A stretch of DNA of 64,000 bases, from positions 52,221-116,220 of IMG/VR virus record IMGVR_UViG_3300028027_000047. One strand, written 5' to 3'. The notes below the pieces were generated by a model. It was not told where the DNA came from. It saw only the letters and a list, made by a program, of their open reading frames with translations, and searched no databases. A program made the position numbers and the translations under genes. Of this stretch, positions 20,574 to 30,799 are shown piece by piece; within the stretch, counting starts at the first letter, position 1; every line of letters begins with the position of its first letter. The DNA comes from a virus.

Positions 20574-20717
20574 ATGAATAAATACCGCATTAAATTAGAT
20601 GTAGAGGTAGAGGTAGAAGCCTTTAATTCAGAAGATGCAGGCGAGTATATTCATGACATATTTAATATAGATGACGAAATTAAAAAAGTCAATATCGTTA
20701 AAATACAACAAAAGTAA
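20574..20717 (+). CDS. small hypothetical protein (47 aa), probably leaderless
   Basis: MNKYRIKLDVEVEVEA; ATG 6 nt after TGCTATAAT. Confidence 0.55.
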   Translation: MNKYRIKLDVEVEVEAFNSEDAGEYIHDIFNIDDEIKKVNIVKIQQK

Positions 20718-20786
20718 ATGCAGACAGCATTGACATATATTTTAAAAGCAGTGTATAATCGTACATAACGCTTTTTAAAGGATAGA

Positions 20787-21518
20787 ATGAATATATATCA
20801 AGATGAAATAAATAGTTTGAATGAAAACTATAAGATATGGCTGTCCAACAACATAGAGCCTATGGTTGAATTTGAAACTCAATGGATGAAAGATAACGAA
20901 TATACTTTAAATAACCACGGTCTTAGATGTGATAATTTTTATAAAATAGAAAATAAAAAAGATCACATACTTTTTGCTGGATGTGAGTATTCTTTGGCCA
21001 TAAGCCATGAGGTGAAATTTTCTTGGGCTTACATGTTGTACAGCTACCTACTAGGATCCGTTGGCACGTACAGGAACATCTCCTATCCAGGAGCAAACCC
21101 AGAAAAAATTATTGCAAATTTAATTAAGTATGTTGATGCATATGGGGCACCATACAAAATGTTTGTTCTTATGCCAGAAATAATAAGAGATTATGGGTAC
21201 TGGCCAGATGGCAAAGTTTACAAGCCAAAGATGTATAGACAGCTAAAAGGAAATGGTGGCGTAGAGCATAACGATGTTGCTATACCAAATGATGTTCCAT
21301 TAAACTTATTGCTATTAAGATATGTAAGATCTATTAGAATTTTAGAGTCGTACTGCAGCGCCCTTGGAATAGATCTAATCTGGACAACATGGGACAGAGA
21401 CTCGTCAGAAATACTATCACAAATGGACTTTAAGTACTTCTTCCCAGCACAGATTAACCCAGATGATCAAAATGATATATATAATCATTTTGTTAAACAG
21501 ATTAAGGAAAATAGATGA
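20787..21518 (+). CDS. hypothetical protein, SGNH-like fold possible
   Basis: YTLNNHGLRCD..HILFAGC...NISYPGA pattern. Confidence 0.55.
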   Translation: MNIYQDEINSLNENYKIWLSNNIEPMVEFETQWMKDNEYTLNNHGLRCDNFYKIENKKDHILFAGCEYSLAISHEVKFSWAYMLYSYLLGSVGTYRNISYPGANPEKIIANLIKYVDAYGAPYKMFVLMPEIIRDYGYWPDGKVYKPKMYRQLKGNGGVEHNDVAIPNDVPLNLLLLRYVRSIRILESYCSALGIDLIWTTWDRDSSEILSQMDFKYFFPAQINPDDQNDIYNHFVKQIKENR

Positions 21519-22225
21519 GCGATCAAGATAATAAAATTTGGTCTTATTACGCCGAGGATTTTAACAAAATAGGTAGGCTTAAAGACAACGTAGTACACAT
21601 TAAAAATTTTTTAGAACCAGAAGACTTGTTGGCCATCAGCAATTATTTAAAAACACACCAGGATGATCCAGAGTTTTCTGGTGGCAAAATGATAAATTTT
21701 GAAAAAGCCAGCCAGGAAAATCCAGAAGTTGCACAGCTTTTAATTAAATATGAAAAAAGAATATATGATGTTGTTGAAAAAAACTTTTGTCAAAAGTATA
21801 ATATAAAGATTAAAAGAAAGCCTTGGGTCGAATTACATTTTATTAAATGGAGGCCAGGAATGGGCTCTAAACTACATTCAGACTGCCAGTATCCAAATGG
21901 GGATCCATTAATGAAGTCTAATTATTATAAATTAAACTTAACTGCATTGATATACCCAAATGAAGATTATACTGGTGGGGAAATAGGGTGGCCAGAATAT
22001 GGAATAGAAATCAAGCCATCTGCTGGAGACCTTGCTGTGTTCCCAGCCAATAATGACTACTTACATTATGTTAATGATGTAATGACTGGCACAAGATACA
22101 CTATGCCAATATGGTACACATTTGATAATGGCGCACCAGAAAAAGAAATGATCTACGACCCTGAAGCCTCAAAAAATTTATGGCTTAATGAAGGTGAAGA
22201 CACAAATCAATTAAGATCCTATTGA
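21515..22225 (+). CDS. 2OG-Fe(II) oxygenase
   Basis: HSD...YPNEDYTGGE...HYV...GTRY. Confidence 0.88.
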   Translation: MSDQDNKIWSYYAEDFNKIGRLKDNVVHIKNFLEPEDLLAISNYLKTHQDDPEFSGGKMINFEKASQENPEVAQLLIKYEKRIYDVVEKNFCQKYNIKIKRKPWVELHFIKWRPGMGSKLHSDCQYPNGDPLMKSNYYKLNLTALIYPNEDYTGGEIGWPEYGIEIKPSAGDLAVFPANNDYLHYVNDVMTGTRYTMPIWYTFDNGAPEKEMIYDPEASKNLWLNEGEDTNQLRSY

Positions 22226-22266
22226 CATCACTTTGTCAATATTGTATAATTATAAAGATGGAATAA

Positions 22267-22500
22267 ATGCTAAATTTAACAGAACAAGGTGTTGAAATAT
22301 TTATCAAAAAATTTCAATCAAGCGTACAAAAATCTTTTTGGAACAACTATGATTTAGTTATATGGAAAAAAGATCACGGCGGGTACACAGATACAAAAGG
22401 CATGTATTATAACAATACATGGGGAAAGGCAGAAAAAATTTCTGTCGATAAAAAAGGAATCTGGAAACTGCCGAAAAAATATGTCAGATATTTTAAATAG
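22267..22500 (+). CDS. hypothetical protein
   Basis: 77-aa ORF following a TTGACA...TATAAT promoter. Confidence 0.65.
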   Translation: MLNLTEQGVEIFIKKFQSSVQKSFWNNYDLVIWKKDHGGYTDTKGMYYNNTWGKAEKISVDKKGIWKLPKKYVRYFK

Positions 22501-22792
22501 CTTAGGTGTTGAGCAAGATAATATTAAATGGTGGGACCTAGCCCTTTGTCATGGGATGGACACTAATTTATTTTTTGATAAATACGAGTCAGATATAAAT
22601 GTAGCAAAGAGTATTGACGAGGCATGCCTATCTTGCCCAGTCATAAAGTTATGTCATGAAAGTGGTGTAGAAAATTCAGACTACGGAGTCTGGGGCGGAA
22701 TATACCTTGCTTCAGGGTCCACAGATAAAGCACGTAATGCACACAAAACAAAAGATATTTGGAAGCGAATAAGGGAAAAGCATGTTTATTGA
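22481..22792 (+). CDS. whiB: WhiB-family transcription factor
   Basis: ALC..TNLFF...CLSCPV..C...YGVWGG. Confidence 0.9.
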   Translation: MSDILNSLGVEQDNIKWWDLALCHGMDTNLFFDKYESDINVAKSIDEACLSCPVIKLCHESGVENSDYGVWGGIYLASGSTDKARNAHKTKDIWKRIREKHVY

Positions 22793-23102
22793 TAAGAATA
22801 AAAACCATTTTAAGTACGGAATTAACGAATGGACAGGTGAGCCAAATAAGCCAACGTTCTACACAAAAGAAATGGCGCTCAAAATAAGAGAACTTAAAAA
22901 ACCTACTTCAACACTTGAAATGGATATAGTTAAGTACCCAGACTTTTTAGCAATCAGATTATATGAGAATAATTTTGCACAATACGACGGCTCAATGAGA
23001 GTCAGAGTTATAGAATATGTAGAAATGGTAAAGAATATCTTGGAATCATACGGAGTAAGAGTAGAGCTTGAAGGAAAGCCAGGAGGAAAAAATCATGGAT
23101 AA
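22782..23102 (+). CDS. hypothetical protein
   Basis: 106-aa ORF in operon. Confidence 0.7.
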   Translation: MFIDKNKNHFKYGINEWTGEPNKPTFYTKEMALKIRELKKPTSTLEMDIVKYPDFLAIRLYENNFAQYDGSMRVRVIEYVEMVKNILESYGVRVELEGKPGGKNHG

Positions 23103-23331
23103 AGTATTGTGTTATTCCTGCAATAAAAGCAAGAACGAGCTTTCGGCAAAGAAATCTGTTTTGCTACCAATAAATTTGTTGCTGTGTAAATCATGTACGG
23201 ACAACAAATTAGAACCAAGATGGATAGTTATTTTAGCAGGAAGACAATATGGCTCTGATCATGTAAAAGAACATATTGCAAAAAAGAAGTATGTGGGCGT
23301 AGATATAACAGCCTCTGAGTTATTAATTTAA
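23095..23331 (+). CDS. zinc-binding hypothetical protein
   Basis: CYSC...CKSC; GGAGG RBS. Confidence 0.65.
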   Translation: MDKVLCYSCNKSKNELSAKKSVLLPINLLLCKSCTDNKLEPRWIVILAGRQYGSDHVKEHIAKKKYVGVDITASELLI

Positions 23332-23360
23332 TATAGATTGTACGGTATAATATTCATATA

Positions 23361-23669
23361 ATGAATATTCCTCTAACTGAGATACTAATAACTCTCTTTG
23401 CAGCCGCTATAAGTGGGCTACTAACAGCACAGATAGGCGCTAGAAGGTCAAAAAAAGAAAAGGCGGAGCGCCAGGTAGAAAAGGCACACGACCAACTCCT
23501 ATTGGAATTAAAAGACCTTGAGATTAAATTATATAAATTAGAAAAAGATCTAAATGAATGGAAAGACAAATACTTTGAGGCCTTACAGGAATTAATTCGT
23601 GTTAAGGCAGAATTAGAGGGAACTCTGCTTAAATTAAGCCATCTAGAAATTCATTCTGATGAGCACTAG
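23361..23669 (+). CDS. membrane-anchored coiled-coil protein
   Basis: N-terminal TM helix followed by heptad repeats. Confidence 0.65.
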   Translation: MNIPLTEILITLFAAAISGLLTAQIGARRSKKEKAERQVEKAHDQLLLELKDLEIKLYKLEKDLNEWKDKYFEALQELIRVKAELEGTLLKLSHLEIHSDEH

Positions 23670-23701
23670 CACTACAAAAATAAAAATAGTATACTAATAT
23701 T

Positions 23702-24259
23702 ATGACTTGTATTGTTGCTATCGCCCAAAATGGGGTTGTGTATATGGGGTCTGACCATGCCGCCTCAGACGATAAAACTGGCTGGATCCTATCAAGAAAA
23801 GAACCAAAAGTTTTTAAAAACGGTCAATACGGAATTGCATTTACAGACTCATTTCGTATGGGACAAATTCTACAGTACATGTGGACCCCTCCAAAATATA
23901 CACCAACTAAAACTAACTCTGGGTTAGATAAATTTATGCGAACCAAATTTGTTGATTCTGTTAAGGCTGCATTTAAAGATCATGGCTATGGAAGTATTGG
24001 CTCCGCATCAGAAGAAGATACTGGTGGAATTTTTATAGTTGGAGTATGCGGTAGACTCTTTACCATAGATGAAGACTTTCATGTTGGAGAAAATATTGTA
24101 AACTACATGGCTGAAGGAAGCGGCGGACAGATAGCCCTTGGAGCCCTTCATGCAACAAAAAAGCAACAAAACCCAAAGCTTAGATTAAAAGCAGCATTAG
24201 AAGCGGCAACCGAGTTCAATATGAGCGTAGCAGCACCCTATACATACATCCAAGTTTAG
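23702..24259 (+). CDS. Ntn-hydrolase protease (HslV / proteasome beta-like)
   Basis: N-terminal Thr (MTCIVA), GSD, KVF, AEGSGG.IALGAL. Confidence 0.82.
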   Translation: MTCIVAIAQNGVVYMGSDHAASDDKTGWILSRKEPKVFKNGQYGIAFTDSFRMGQILQYMWTPPKYTPTKTNSGLDKFMRTKFVDSVKAAFKDHGYGSIGSASEEDTGGIFIVGVCGRLFTIDEDFHVGENIVNYMAEGSGGQIALGALHATKKQQNPKLRLKAALEAATEFNMSVAAPYTYIQV

Positions 24260-24273
24260 TGTATAATTGAATC

Positions 24274-24630
24274 ATGGAAACCGTTGCCTACATACTAATA
24301 GCTTTTTTTATTATCTCATCTTTTAGATGGCTGAGGGCAAGGTACACTCTTGGAATTTATTATATTAACAAGTTAGAAGAACTACGGGAGCAGTCACAAA
24401 AGAGAGAGTACCCTCTAAGTATTAGCGACTTGAAACCAGAAAATTATGATCATGCGATGGATTTAAGAGGAGCACCAACCCACCTATGCCCATGCGGATG
24501 CAATATATGGAATGTAAAGGTTATATTTGAAGAGTTTGAAATAGCTACATATTTTCTTGATATGGAATGTGCTAACTGCGGAAGCATGGCAACAGCACCT
24601 ACGCTACTAGACAGAGAGATACAAGAATGA
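24274..24630 (+). CDS. hypothetical protein with zinc ribbon
   Basis: N-terminal hydrophobic helix, CPCGC...CANCG. Confidence 0.65.
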   Translation: METVAYILIAFFIISSFRWLRARYTLGIYYINKLEELREQSQKREYPLSISDLKPENYDHAMDLRGAPTHLCPCGCNIWNVKVIFEEFEIATYFLDMECANCGSMATAPTLLDREIQE

Positions 24631-24797
24631 GAAAGTCAGAAAGATTAAGGCAGCTTGAGATTGCTGTTATTAGAATGGAAATGCATGTCGAATTGCTTTC
24701 AGCAACTCTATCTAATCTATTAGATTCACAAGGCATGGACACCGCCCCGTCGCTAGATAACGGTAAGTGGTACAAAAAACCAACAGACACCCCTTGA
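24627..24797 (+). CDS. small hypothetical protein (56 aa)
   Basis: MRKSERLRQLE..., read manually; ATGA overlap. Confidence 0.55.
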   Translation: MRKSERLRQLEIAVIRMEMHVELLSATLSNLLDSQGMDTAPSLDNGKWYKKPTDTP

Positions 24798-24827
24798 CAT
24801 CCTGCCATTATTTAGTAGAATTAGGTT

Positions 24828-25946
24828 ATGAATAAAAAACTAATATCTGCGTTAATCGCACTCACACTATCAGTACCTACAACCGCTCATGCAGCGGGAC
24901 TACAGAATCGTACAGATTCGAAGCCAGCAGTTGCTATTCTTGATACAGCAATTGACACATCCCTACCAGCATTTCAAGGAAAAATTATTCAAGAGGTATG
25001 TATCCTAGAATGGACAACATGCCCTAACGGTGCATCATTCATGGAAGGACCTGGGGCGGCATCAATGCCAGCAGGCCTTATATCAAAAAATGGATTCGAT
25101 CACGGAACATATATGACATCGGTATTTGTTGCAACCAACCCAAATGTAAATATTGTTTTTATTAAAATTATTGGTAATACTTCAACTGGTATGCGTCAGA
25201 ATGCTGGGGAAGCTGCAGTATACAATGCTCTTAATTGGGTAAAGTCTAATGCATCAAAGTACAACATTCAAGCAGTTACTATGTCCCAGGGAATGCATAA
25301 CCTAGGTGCCCCAGGAACAAACTACTGCCCTAAAACACCAGTAACACAGCAGTCTATTAAAGATTTAATTGCTATTGGTATCCCCACTTTTTTCCCTTCA
25401 GGAAATGGAAGAGATTACCAGCGTATTGATTGGCCAGCATGCCTAGAAGAATCTATCTCAGTCGGCTACGTCGATCAACAAAACGAAATCTCATCGAACA
25501 GCAACAATGATTCAGCAATACTTGACTTTTTTGCACCAGGATTTTTTACAATTGCTGGTCCAGGCAATGTCTCAAAGAATATCGCTGGGTCTTCTTCCGC
25601 AATTCAGGTTGCAGGAGCGCAATGGATGAAGCTAAAAGCAGCAAAGCCAACATTTACATATGATCAATTGCTTACTGCTTTTCGTTCTACTGCATCTTCT
25701 ACAATTGGAAGACAAGGAACGTTTACTAAATTAATTAATATCAACGCAGCGCTTTCCTATACAGCAATAGTTGCAGCACCAGCAGGACCGACTCCTGAAG
25801 AATTAGCTGCAGCCAAGGCAGCACTACAGGCAGACGTTAACGCACAAATTGCAAAAGCGCAGGCTGAGTACGATGCAGCAGTCAAAGCAGCATCAGACAA
25901 ACTTGCAGCACTTCGAGCAGCACAGTTAGCTAGATTAAATGGATAA
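24828..25946 (+). CDS. secreted subtilisin-like S8 protease
   Basis: signal peptide; triad ILDTAID / DHGT / GSSSA; PSGN oxyanion motif; C-terminal coiled coil. Confidence 0.85.
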   Translation: MNKKLISALIALTLSVPTTAHAAGLQNRTDSKPAVAILDTAIDTSLPAFQGKIIQEVCILEWTTCPNGASFMEGPGAASMPAGLISKNGFDHGTYMTSVFVATNPNVNIVFIKIIGNTSTGMRQNAGEAAVYNALNWVKSNASKYNIQAVTMSQGMHNLGAPGTNYCPKTPVTQQSIKDLIAIGIPTFFPSGNGRDYQRIDWPACLEESISVGYVDQQNEISSNSNNDSAILDFFAPGFFTIAGPGNVSKNIAGSSSAIQVAGAQWMKLKAAKPTFTYDQLLTAFRSTASSTIGRQGTFTKLININAALSYTAIVAAPAGPTPEELAAAKAALQADVNAQIAKAQAEYDAAVKAASDKLAALRAAQLARLNG

Positions 25947-26148
25947 CAAGCTAACAGTACTTGAAGAAATTATTAAAGAGATTGGTGAGGAGTTGTACCA
26001 GAAATGGTACAACGCCCTTGCTATTGAAGACAGGACTGAGGAGGCTTCAAAAGCAATGTCAGCCAACGCAGGAGAAACCGCAGTTTGGGTGATCCAAACA
26101 TTTATGAATAAATTCAATAACGCAGCGGATGAACTAAAAGGAGATTAA
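25939..26148 (+). CDS. hypothetical protein
   Basis: 69-aa ORF in operon. Confidence 0.65.
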   Translation: MDNKLTVLEEIIKEIGEELYQKWYNALAIEDRTEEASKAMSANAGETAVWVIQTFMNKFNNAADELKGD

Positions 26149-26149
26149 G

Positions 26150-26452
26150 TTGATAGTCACAGACGAATCTTTTGATTCTGTTCTGCAGAATCACAAGTTG
26201 GTGCTTATAGATTTTTGGGCACCGTGGTGCGGACCATGCAAAAGGATATCTCCAATACTAGATGAGATATCAAATGAGCGTGGTTTATGGGTTGGAAAGT
26301 TAAATGTTGATGAGAATCCTATCAAATCAGCAGAATACTCTGTAACCTCCATACCATATATGGTACTATTTAAGTCTGGGGTCCCAGTTAAAACTATTTC
26401 TGGTGCAAAACCTAAGCACGTAATGCTTGAGGAGCTATCAGAATGGATCTAG
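26150..26452 (+). CDS. trxA: thioredoxin
   Basis: DFWAPWCGPCK. Confidence 0.93.
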   Translation: MIVTDESFDSVLQNHKLVLIDFWAPWCGPCKRISPILDEISNERGLWVGKLNVDENPIKSAEYSVTSIPYMVLFKSGVPVKTISGAKPKHVMLEELSEWI

Positions 26453-26643
26453 GAGATGAAGAAGGATACATCAATCACGTAGAGTTTGAAATATGGCTCA
26501 AAAATGGTTATGACAGAGGATGGATTTCTGATGTGTTTTGCAATACACACGATGGTCCTCCTATGACAGAAGAAGAAATGCAAGAATGGGATGAAGGCGG
26601 AGATCCTTGTTCATTCCAGGTGAAAGTAATAGAACTAAACTAA
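26443..26643 (+). CDS. hypothetical protein
   Basis: acidic 66-aa ORF. Confidence 0.65.
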   Translation: MDLGDEEGYINHVEFEIWLKNGYDRGWISDVFCNTHDGPPMTEEEMQEWDEGGDPCSFQVKVIELN

Positions 26644-26690
26644 ATTTCTGTTCTCATCAAGAGACAGAGGAAATAAGGAGAATAAATTAA

Positions 26691-27791
26691 ATGAACTCAT
26701 TTAAGAAACTATCAATCGCTACTGCTGCAGCCCTAGCGATTATCAGCGTCCCTGTATCACCAGCATCGGCAGCACCATTAGTCGTAACGGTGGCAACAGT
26801 AACTAACGCAACCACATCTGCAGCACCAGCAACGGTGGCAGTACCATCAAGCAATGTTATTGCTTCTGGAAACACTATCGCACTTGCAGCAACAGCAGAT
26901 ACAGGAACAGTTGTTTCTTTTACTGCATCATCAACAGTTAAGTTAGTATCAGCACTAAACACAACAGATGCACCAAAGACAGTTGCTTCAGGGGTTCCAG
27001 CCCTTTCAGTAACTTCAGCAGGCGTAGCGGTTACAGTTTATGCATACACAACCACAACAGCAGTTGGAACGGTTACCATTACAAATGGTGCTTATTCAAC
27101 AATCGTATATGTTAAGGGAACAGCAGGAGCAGCGTCAAACGTTGCAGTTGCAGTCCCTGCAGCAACAGCAGTTGGAACAATTCCAACAATCACAGTTTCA
27201 GCAACAGATGTTTTTGGAAACGTAGTAGCAACAGGTGAAACAATCACCGCTACAGTAATCGGCTCAACATTTGCTGATGGCACAGTCACAAAGACCCTAG
27301 TTACTACAACAACAGCAGAAGGCGCAGCAGATACAACTTTAGTAGTTGGATCAAAGACAGCGGCACTTGCCACAGCAGTAGCAGGAACAATTCAGGTTGT
27401 TGTTACTGGTGTCACATCAGCAGCAACAGTTACTGGGCTCACAGCACCAGTTAAGGCAGCAACTGCATCATTTACAGTTTCAGATCTTAATGGAACAATC
27501 GCTAAGTTAACAGCAGATCTTGCAGCAGAAAAGGCTGGCCGTGCACTTGATGCACAGGCAGCAGCAACTGCTAAGGCAACTGCAGCATCAACTGCAGCAG
27601 CAGAACTTGCTTTAGCTAAGGCAGAAACAGCCAAGGTGTCAGCAGATGCAGCAGCAGCAAAGATTGCAGCAGATGCTTCATCAAAGGCCGCAGCAGATCT
27701 TGCTAAGGCTACATACAAGGCGGAATACAATGCACTAGCAGCTAAATGGAATAAGAAGTTTCCTAAGCTGAAGGTTGCATTAAAGAAGTAA
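26691..27791 (+). CDS. exported Ala/Thr-rich protein (Ig-like domains + C-terminal coiled coil)
   Basis: signal peptide ending ASA; ATDVFGN Ig-like motif; Ala/Lys-rich tail. Confidence 0.7.
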   Translation: MNSFKKLSIATAAALAIISVPVSPASAAPLVVTVATVTNATTSAAPATVAVPSSNVIASGNTIALAATADTGTVVSFTASSTVKLVSALNTTDAPKTVASGVPALSVTSAGVAVTVYAYTTTTAVGTVTITNGAYSTIVYVKGTAGAASNVAVAVPAATAVGTIPTITVSATDVFGNVVATGETITATVIGSTFADGTVTKTLVTTTTAEGAADTTLVVGSKTAALATAVAGTIQVVVTGVTSAATVTGLTAPVKAATASFTVSDLNGTIAKLTADLAAEKAGRALDAQAAATAKATAASTAAAELALAKAETAKVSADAAAAKIAADASSKAAADLAKATYKAEYNALAAKWNKKFPKLKVALKK

Positions 27792-27798
27792 TTTGAGT

Positions 27799-27828
27799 CC
27801 TGGTGGGCGAAAGCCCACCAGGGTTTTT
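27799..27828 (+). terminator. intrinsic terminator
   Basis: CCTGGTGGGC-GAAA-GCCCACCAGG followed by GTTTTT. Confidence 0.85.
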
Positions 27829-28605
27829 ATGAAATCAATCTATTTTAATCATATTCCAAGAACTGGCGGGACAACTATATCCAGGATGCTGTACAGCTCT
27901 GGAATAGGTAACTCTAGATTAAAAGTATTTACAAAAGAGATGTCAGCCTATCAAAAAAAAGAATTTAACCATACAAATTTATCAAATAGCGATATAATAA
28001 TGGGTCATTATGGAATTGCACCATCAATAATAAATCCAGGCATAGACACAATTACATTTTTAAGAAATCCAGTTGATCAAGTAGTAAGCATGTTCTCTAA
28101 ATTATATAAAGAAAGCCAATCTCAAGAAGCAAATTCTATTGATTTTAACCTAATAAGATTAAGTAAATTCAAAGATGATCCAGTAAATTTATTTAGAGAA
28201 TGGCTCTATGATGAAAAGTCTAAACGCTATACAAATAATGGGCAAATATCTAATCTAATTAATACAAGATACCCCTATTTATACGACATAGATACAAAAG
28301 AAGTATCTGATATGGAAACAGATATAGAAGTAACCGAATCAAATGCAAAGGAAAAAATAGAATCTCTTCTTTTTATAGGGGCTACAGAGAATCTGTATGA
28401 AGGATATATAAAAGTTATAGACATCATAAATGATAGATTTAATATTAATTTACTCAAGTCCAATAAAATTGGTAAAGATAATTCAATCGGTACTACCAAC
28501 GATATATTAAGTACATTAAATAAAGAGGAAATAGATTATATTTTAGCCAAAAATAGCATAGACAACTATTACTGGGGGCTGTCAAAGCAAGATCTTGGAC
28601 AATGA
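27829..28605 (+). CDS. sulfotransferase family protein
   Basis: 5'-PSB HIPRTGGTT and 3'-PB FLRNPVDQVVS; N..D..Y C-terminal motif. Confidence 0.82.
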   Translation: MKSIYFNHIPRTGGTTISRMLYSSGIGNSRLKVFTKEMSAYQKKEFNHTNLSNSDIIMGHYGIAPSIINPGIDTITFLRNPVDQVVSMFSKLYKESQSQEANSIDFNLIRLSKFKDDPVNLFREWLYDEKSKRYTNNGQISNLINTRYPYLYDIDTKEVSDMETDIEVTESNAKEKIESLLFIGATENLYEGYIKVIDIINDRFNINLLKSNKIGKDNSIGTTNDILSTLNKEEIDYILAKNSIDNYYWGLSKQDLGQ

Positions 28606-28635
28606 TATAATAGATATACTATAATAGGAGATGAT

Positions 28636-28836
28636 ATGGAAACTACAAAAAAGAGTTATATAAAGACATTTAGCTGGGAAGCTTTTCATTTCACAGTGCT
28701 TGCTGGAATCATTTATTTATTTACAGGCGACTGGGAATACTCGGGCATTGGGGCATTAGTTTATATTGGAATTGAATCTTTAGGGTATTTTGTACATGAA
28801 AGATTATGGGCAAGATTTGGGAATAAGCTTAAATGA
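28636..28836 (+). CDS. DUF2061-like small membrane protein
   Basis: KTFSWE...YFVHERLW. Confidence 0.7.
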   Translation: METTKKSYIKTFSWEAFHFTVLAGIIYLFTGDWEYSGIGALVYIGIESLGYFVHERLWARFGNKLK

Positions 28837-29744
28837 AATTTCCAATATTGCAAGAACAGTTCTATACTCAAGAAGAATTAGATTCAGCCAATAGTTTTAT
28901 GAAAAGCATATTAGATGCACCAACATGGAGAATGCTTAAAGAAATAACTAGAGAGCAGATTGAAACCGATATGCTTGTTCCAGTAGTTGATCACTTTTTA
29001 GCAAGAGCACAATGCTCGCTTCCAGAACATAAGGTGCCAGAAGAAATTTTAAGAAAACCAAAAGAAGAAGCAAAAAAAATTAATCCCAACGCACAGATTA
29101 GATTTGTTTCTTTTGTTAGATACTCAAATCAATTTGGCTTTCCTCAACTAGGACCACACCTAGATCCAGTATCAAAAGAACATTTCTTTTTTGATGTACA
29201 GCTAGACGGTAACGTAGATTGGCCAATAGTTGTTGCAGAAGAAGACCCAGAAGCCCCAGATAAGAAGGGCAATGTAGTGGGGTATAGTTTAAAGAACAAT
29301 GATTCTTTGTGTATTGAAATTACTAGACAAGCGCATTGGAGAACCCCAGTTAAATTTAAAGATGGGGACTTCATCGATATGATATTTATAAGCTTTGAGG
29401 ATCCCAACATTGAACCGCCAACACTTGAGTGGCAAACGGAGATCGGATTGAAGTATATGGATGACTATGAGGCAGAACTTGAATTAATATATCCAAAAAA
29501 CACTACAATAACATTTGATCAACGTGCAGAGTATGCAAAAAATAATGTTAAGCAGATGGGCAAGCTAGATCTAAATGCAGTATCTGCAGAAGAGGGTTCT
29601 GGAAAGAAGCAGGACAATGAAATAAGCTTCTTAGACAATAAAAAAGATTTTTATACATTAAAGCAAGAGGCAGAAGCAAAGAAAAAAAATGATGACCCAA
29701 GCTGTATGGTAGAAATGATGAATGAAATGAGGGAAAAAAATTAA
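28833..29744 (+). CDS. divergent 2OG-Fe(II) oxygenase-like protein
   Basis: RY...LGPHLD...WPI...HWR; paralog of the next gene. Confidence 0.65.
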   Translation: MKFPILQEQFYTQEELDSANSFMKSILDAPTWRMLKEITREQIETDMLVPVVDHFLARAQCSLPEHKVPEEILRKPKEEAKKINPNAQIRFVSFVRYSNQFGFPQLGPHLDPVSKEHFFFDVQLDGNVDWPIVVAEEDPEAPDKKGNVVGYSLKNNDSLCIEITRQAHWRTPVKFKDGDFIDMIFISFEDPNIEPPTLEWQTEIGLKYMDDYEAELELIYPKNTTITFDQRAEYAKNNVKQMGKLDLNAVSAEEGSGKKQDNEISFLDNKKDFYTLKQEAEAKKKNDDPSCMVEMMNEMREKN

Positions 29745-30459
29745 ATTCCCTTTTGTAATAAAAGACATTCTAACTGAAGAAGAGCTAAATTTGTTTAGAA
29801 ATTTCATGGATGATCTATTAAAAAACAAAAATTATATAATGCTTTCTGATATTTCTAGAGAAACAATTGAAACAAATATGAATGATTGGGTGGTCGACCA
29901 CTACCTTGGACGAATTCAATGCAGCTTGCAGGACTGGGAGATGTCTGATGAATTAAAGCAAATAATAACCAAATTTGCAAAACAATTTAATGAAAATGCT
30001 GAATTTAGATACGTTTCTTTTGTAAGATATTCAAAAGATTTTGGTTTCCCACAGTTGGGGCCACATTTAGATCCTCCAACAAAAGAACATTTCATGTTTG
30101 ATATACAGCTAAGGTCGACTTTAGACTGGCCAATAGTTGTCGCACAAGATGATGAAATAAAAGAGTATACATTAAATACAAATGACGCTCTTGTTTTAGA
30201 AATAACTAGAAATGCTCATTGGAGAAAACCACTAAGGTTTGAAGACAGTGATTATTTAGATATGCTATTTTTTAGCTATACTGACAACAGTCTAGACATA
30301 CCATCCTTAGAATGGCAGTCAGAGACTGGTTTAAAACATATGGATTCATACAATGAAGAATTGGCTACGGTTTATCCAGAGTCAGAAAAAGAAATTAGAG
30401 ATAGATATACTAACTCTATAAAAAAAGAAAACTTTATACTTCAAGGGCAGGTAAGATAA
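29740..30459 (+). CDS. divergent 2OG-Fe(II) oxygenase-like protein (tandem paralog; probable ATT start)
   Basis: FGFPQLGPHLDP shared with the previous gene; in-frame IKFPFV at 29740 aligns with MKFPIL. Confidence 0.65.
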   Translation: MKFPFVIKDILTEEELNLFRNFMDDLLKNKNYIMLSDISRETIETNMNDWVVDHYLGRIQCSLQDWEMSDELKQIITKFAKQFNENAEFRYVSFVRYSKDFGFPQLGPHLDPPTKEHFMFDIQLRSTLDWPIVVAQDDEIKEYTLNTNDALVLEITRNAHWRKPLRFEDSDYLDMLFFSYTDNSLDIPSLEWQSETGLKHMDSYNEELATVYPESEKEIRDRYTNSIKKENFILQGQVR

Positions 30460-30602
30460 TGGGAAAGCATCACGATAAAATTAAGAAGGCTTTAGAGCAA
30501 AGAATTGCCGCTACCCCAAATGGGTCTGGCTACAAAAAGCCAGGATCAATGAATAAGAAAAAGACAGGGTACCGTGGCCAAACAGCCAAAGGATCTAAAT
30601 AG
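30459..30602 (+). CDS. small basic protein (47 aa)
   Basis: MGKHHDKIKKALEQR..., read manually. Confidence 0.55.
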   Translation: MGKHHDKIKKALEQRIAATPNGSGYKKPGSMNKKKTGYRGQTAKGSK

Positions 30603-30799
30603 TGCTTGGTGATTTATGCGAATGGAACGGCTGTGGCAAAAAAGCAACAAGGATAGCAGCTAAGCCAGCAGGAATGATAATAGATATATGTGATGAATGC
30701 TGGCACGAGTATTACAGATCCTAATCAACTAAATGCTATAATAGTCTTATGAGCGGAATACTAGTCCCGCTTAAATAAATAACCTATAGGAGTAAGAAA

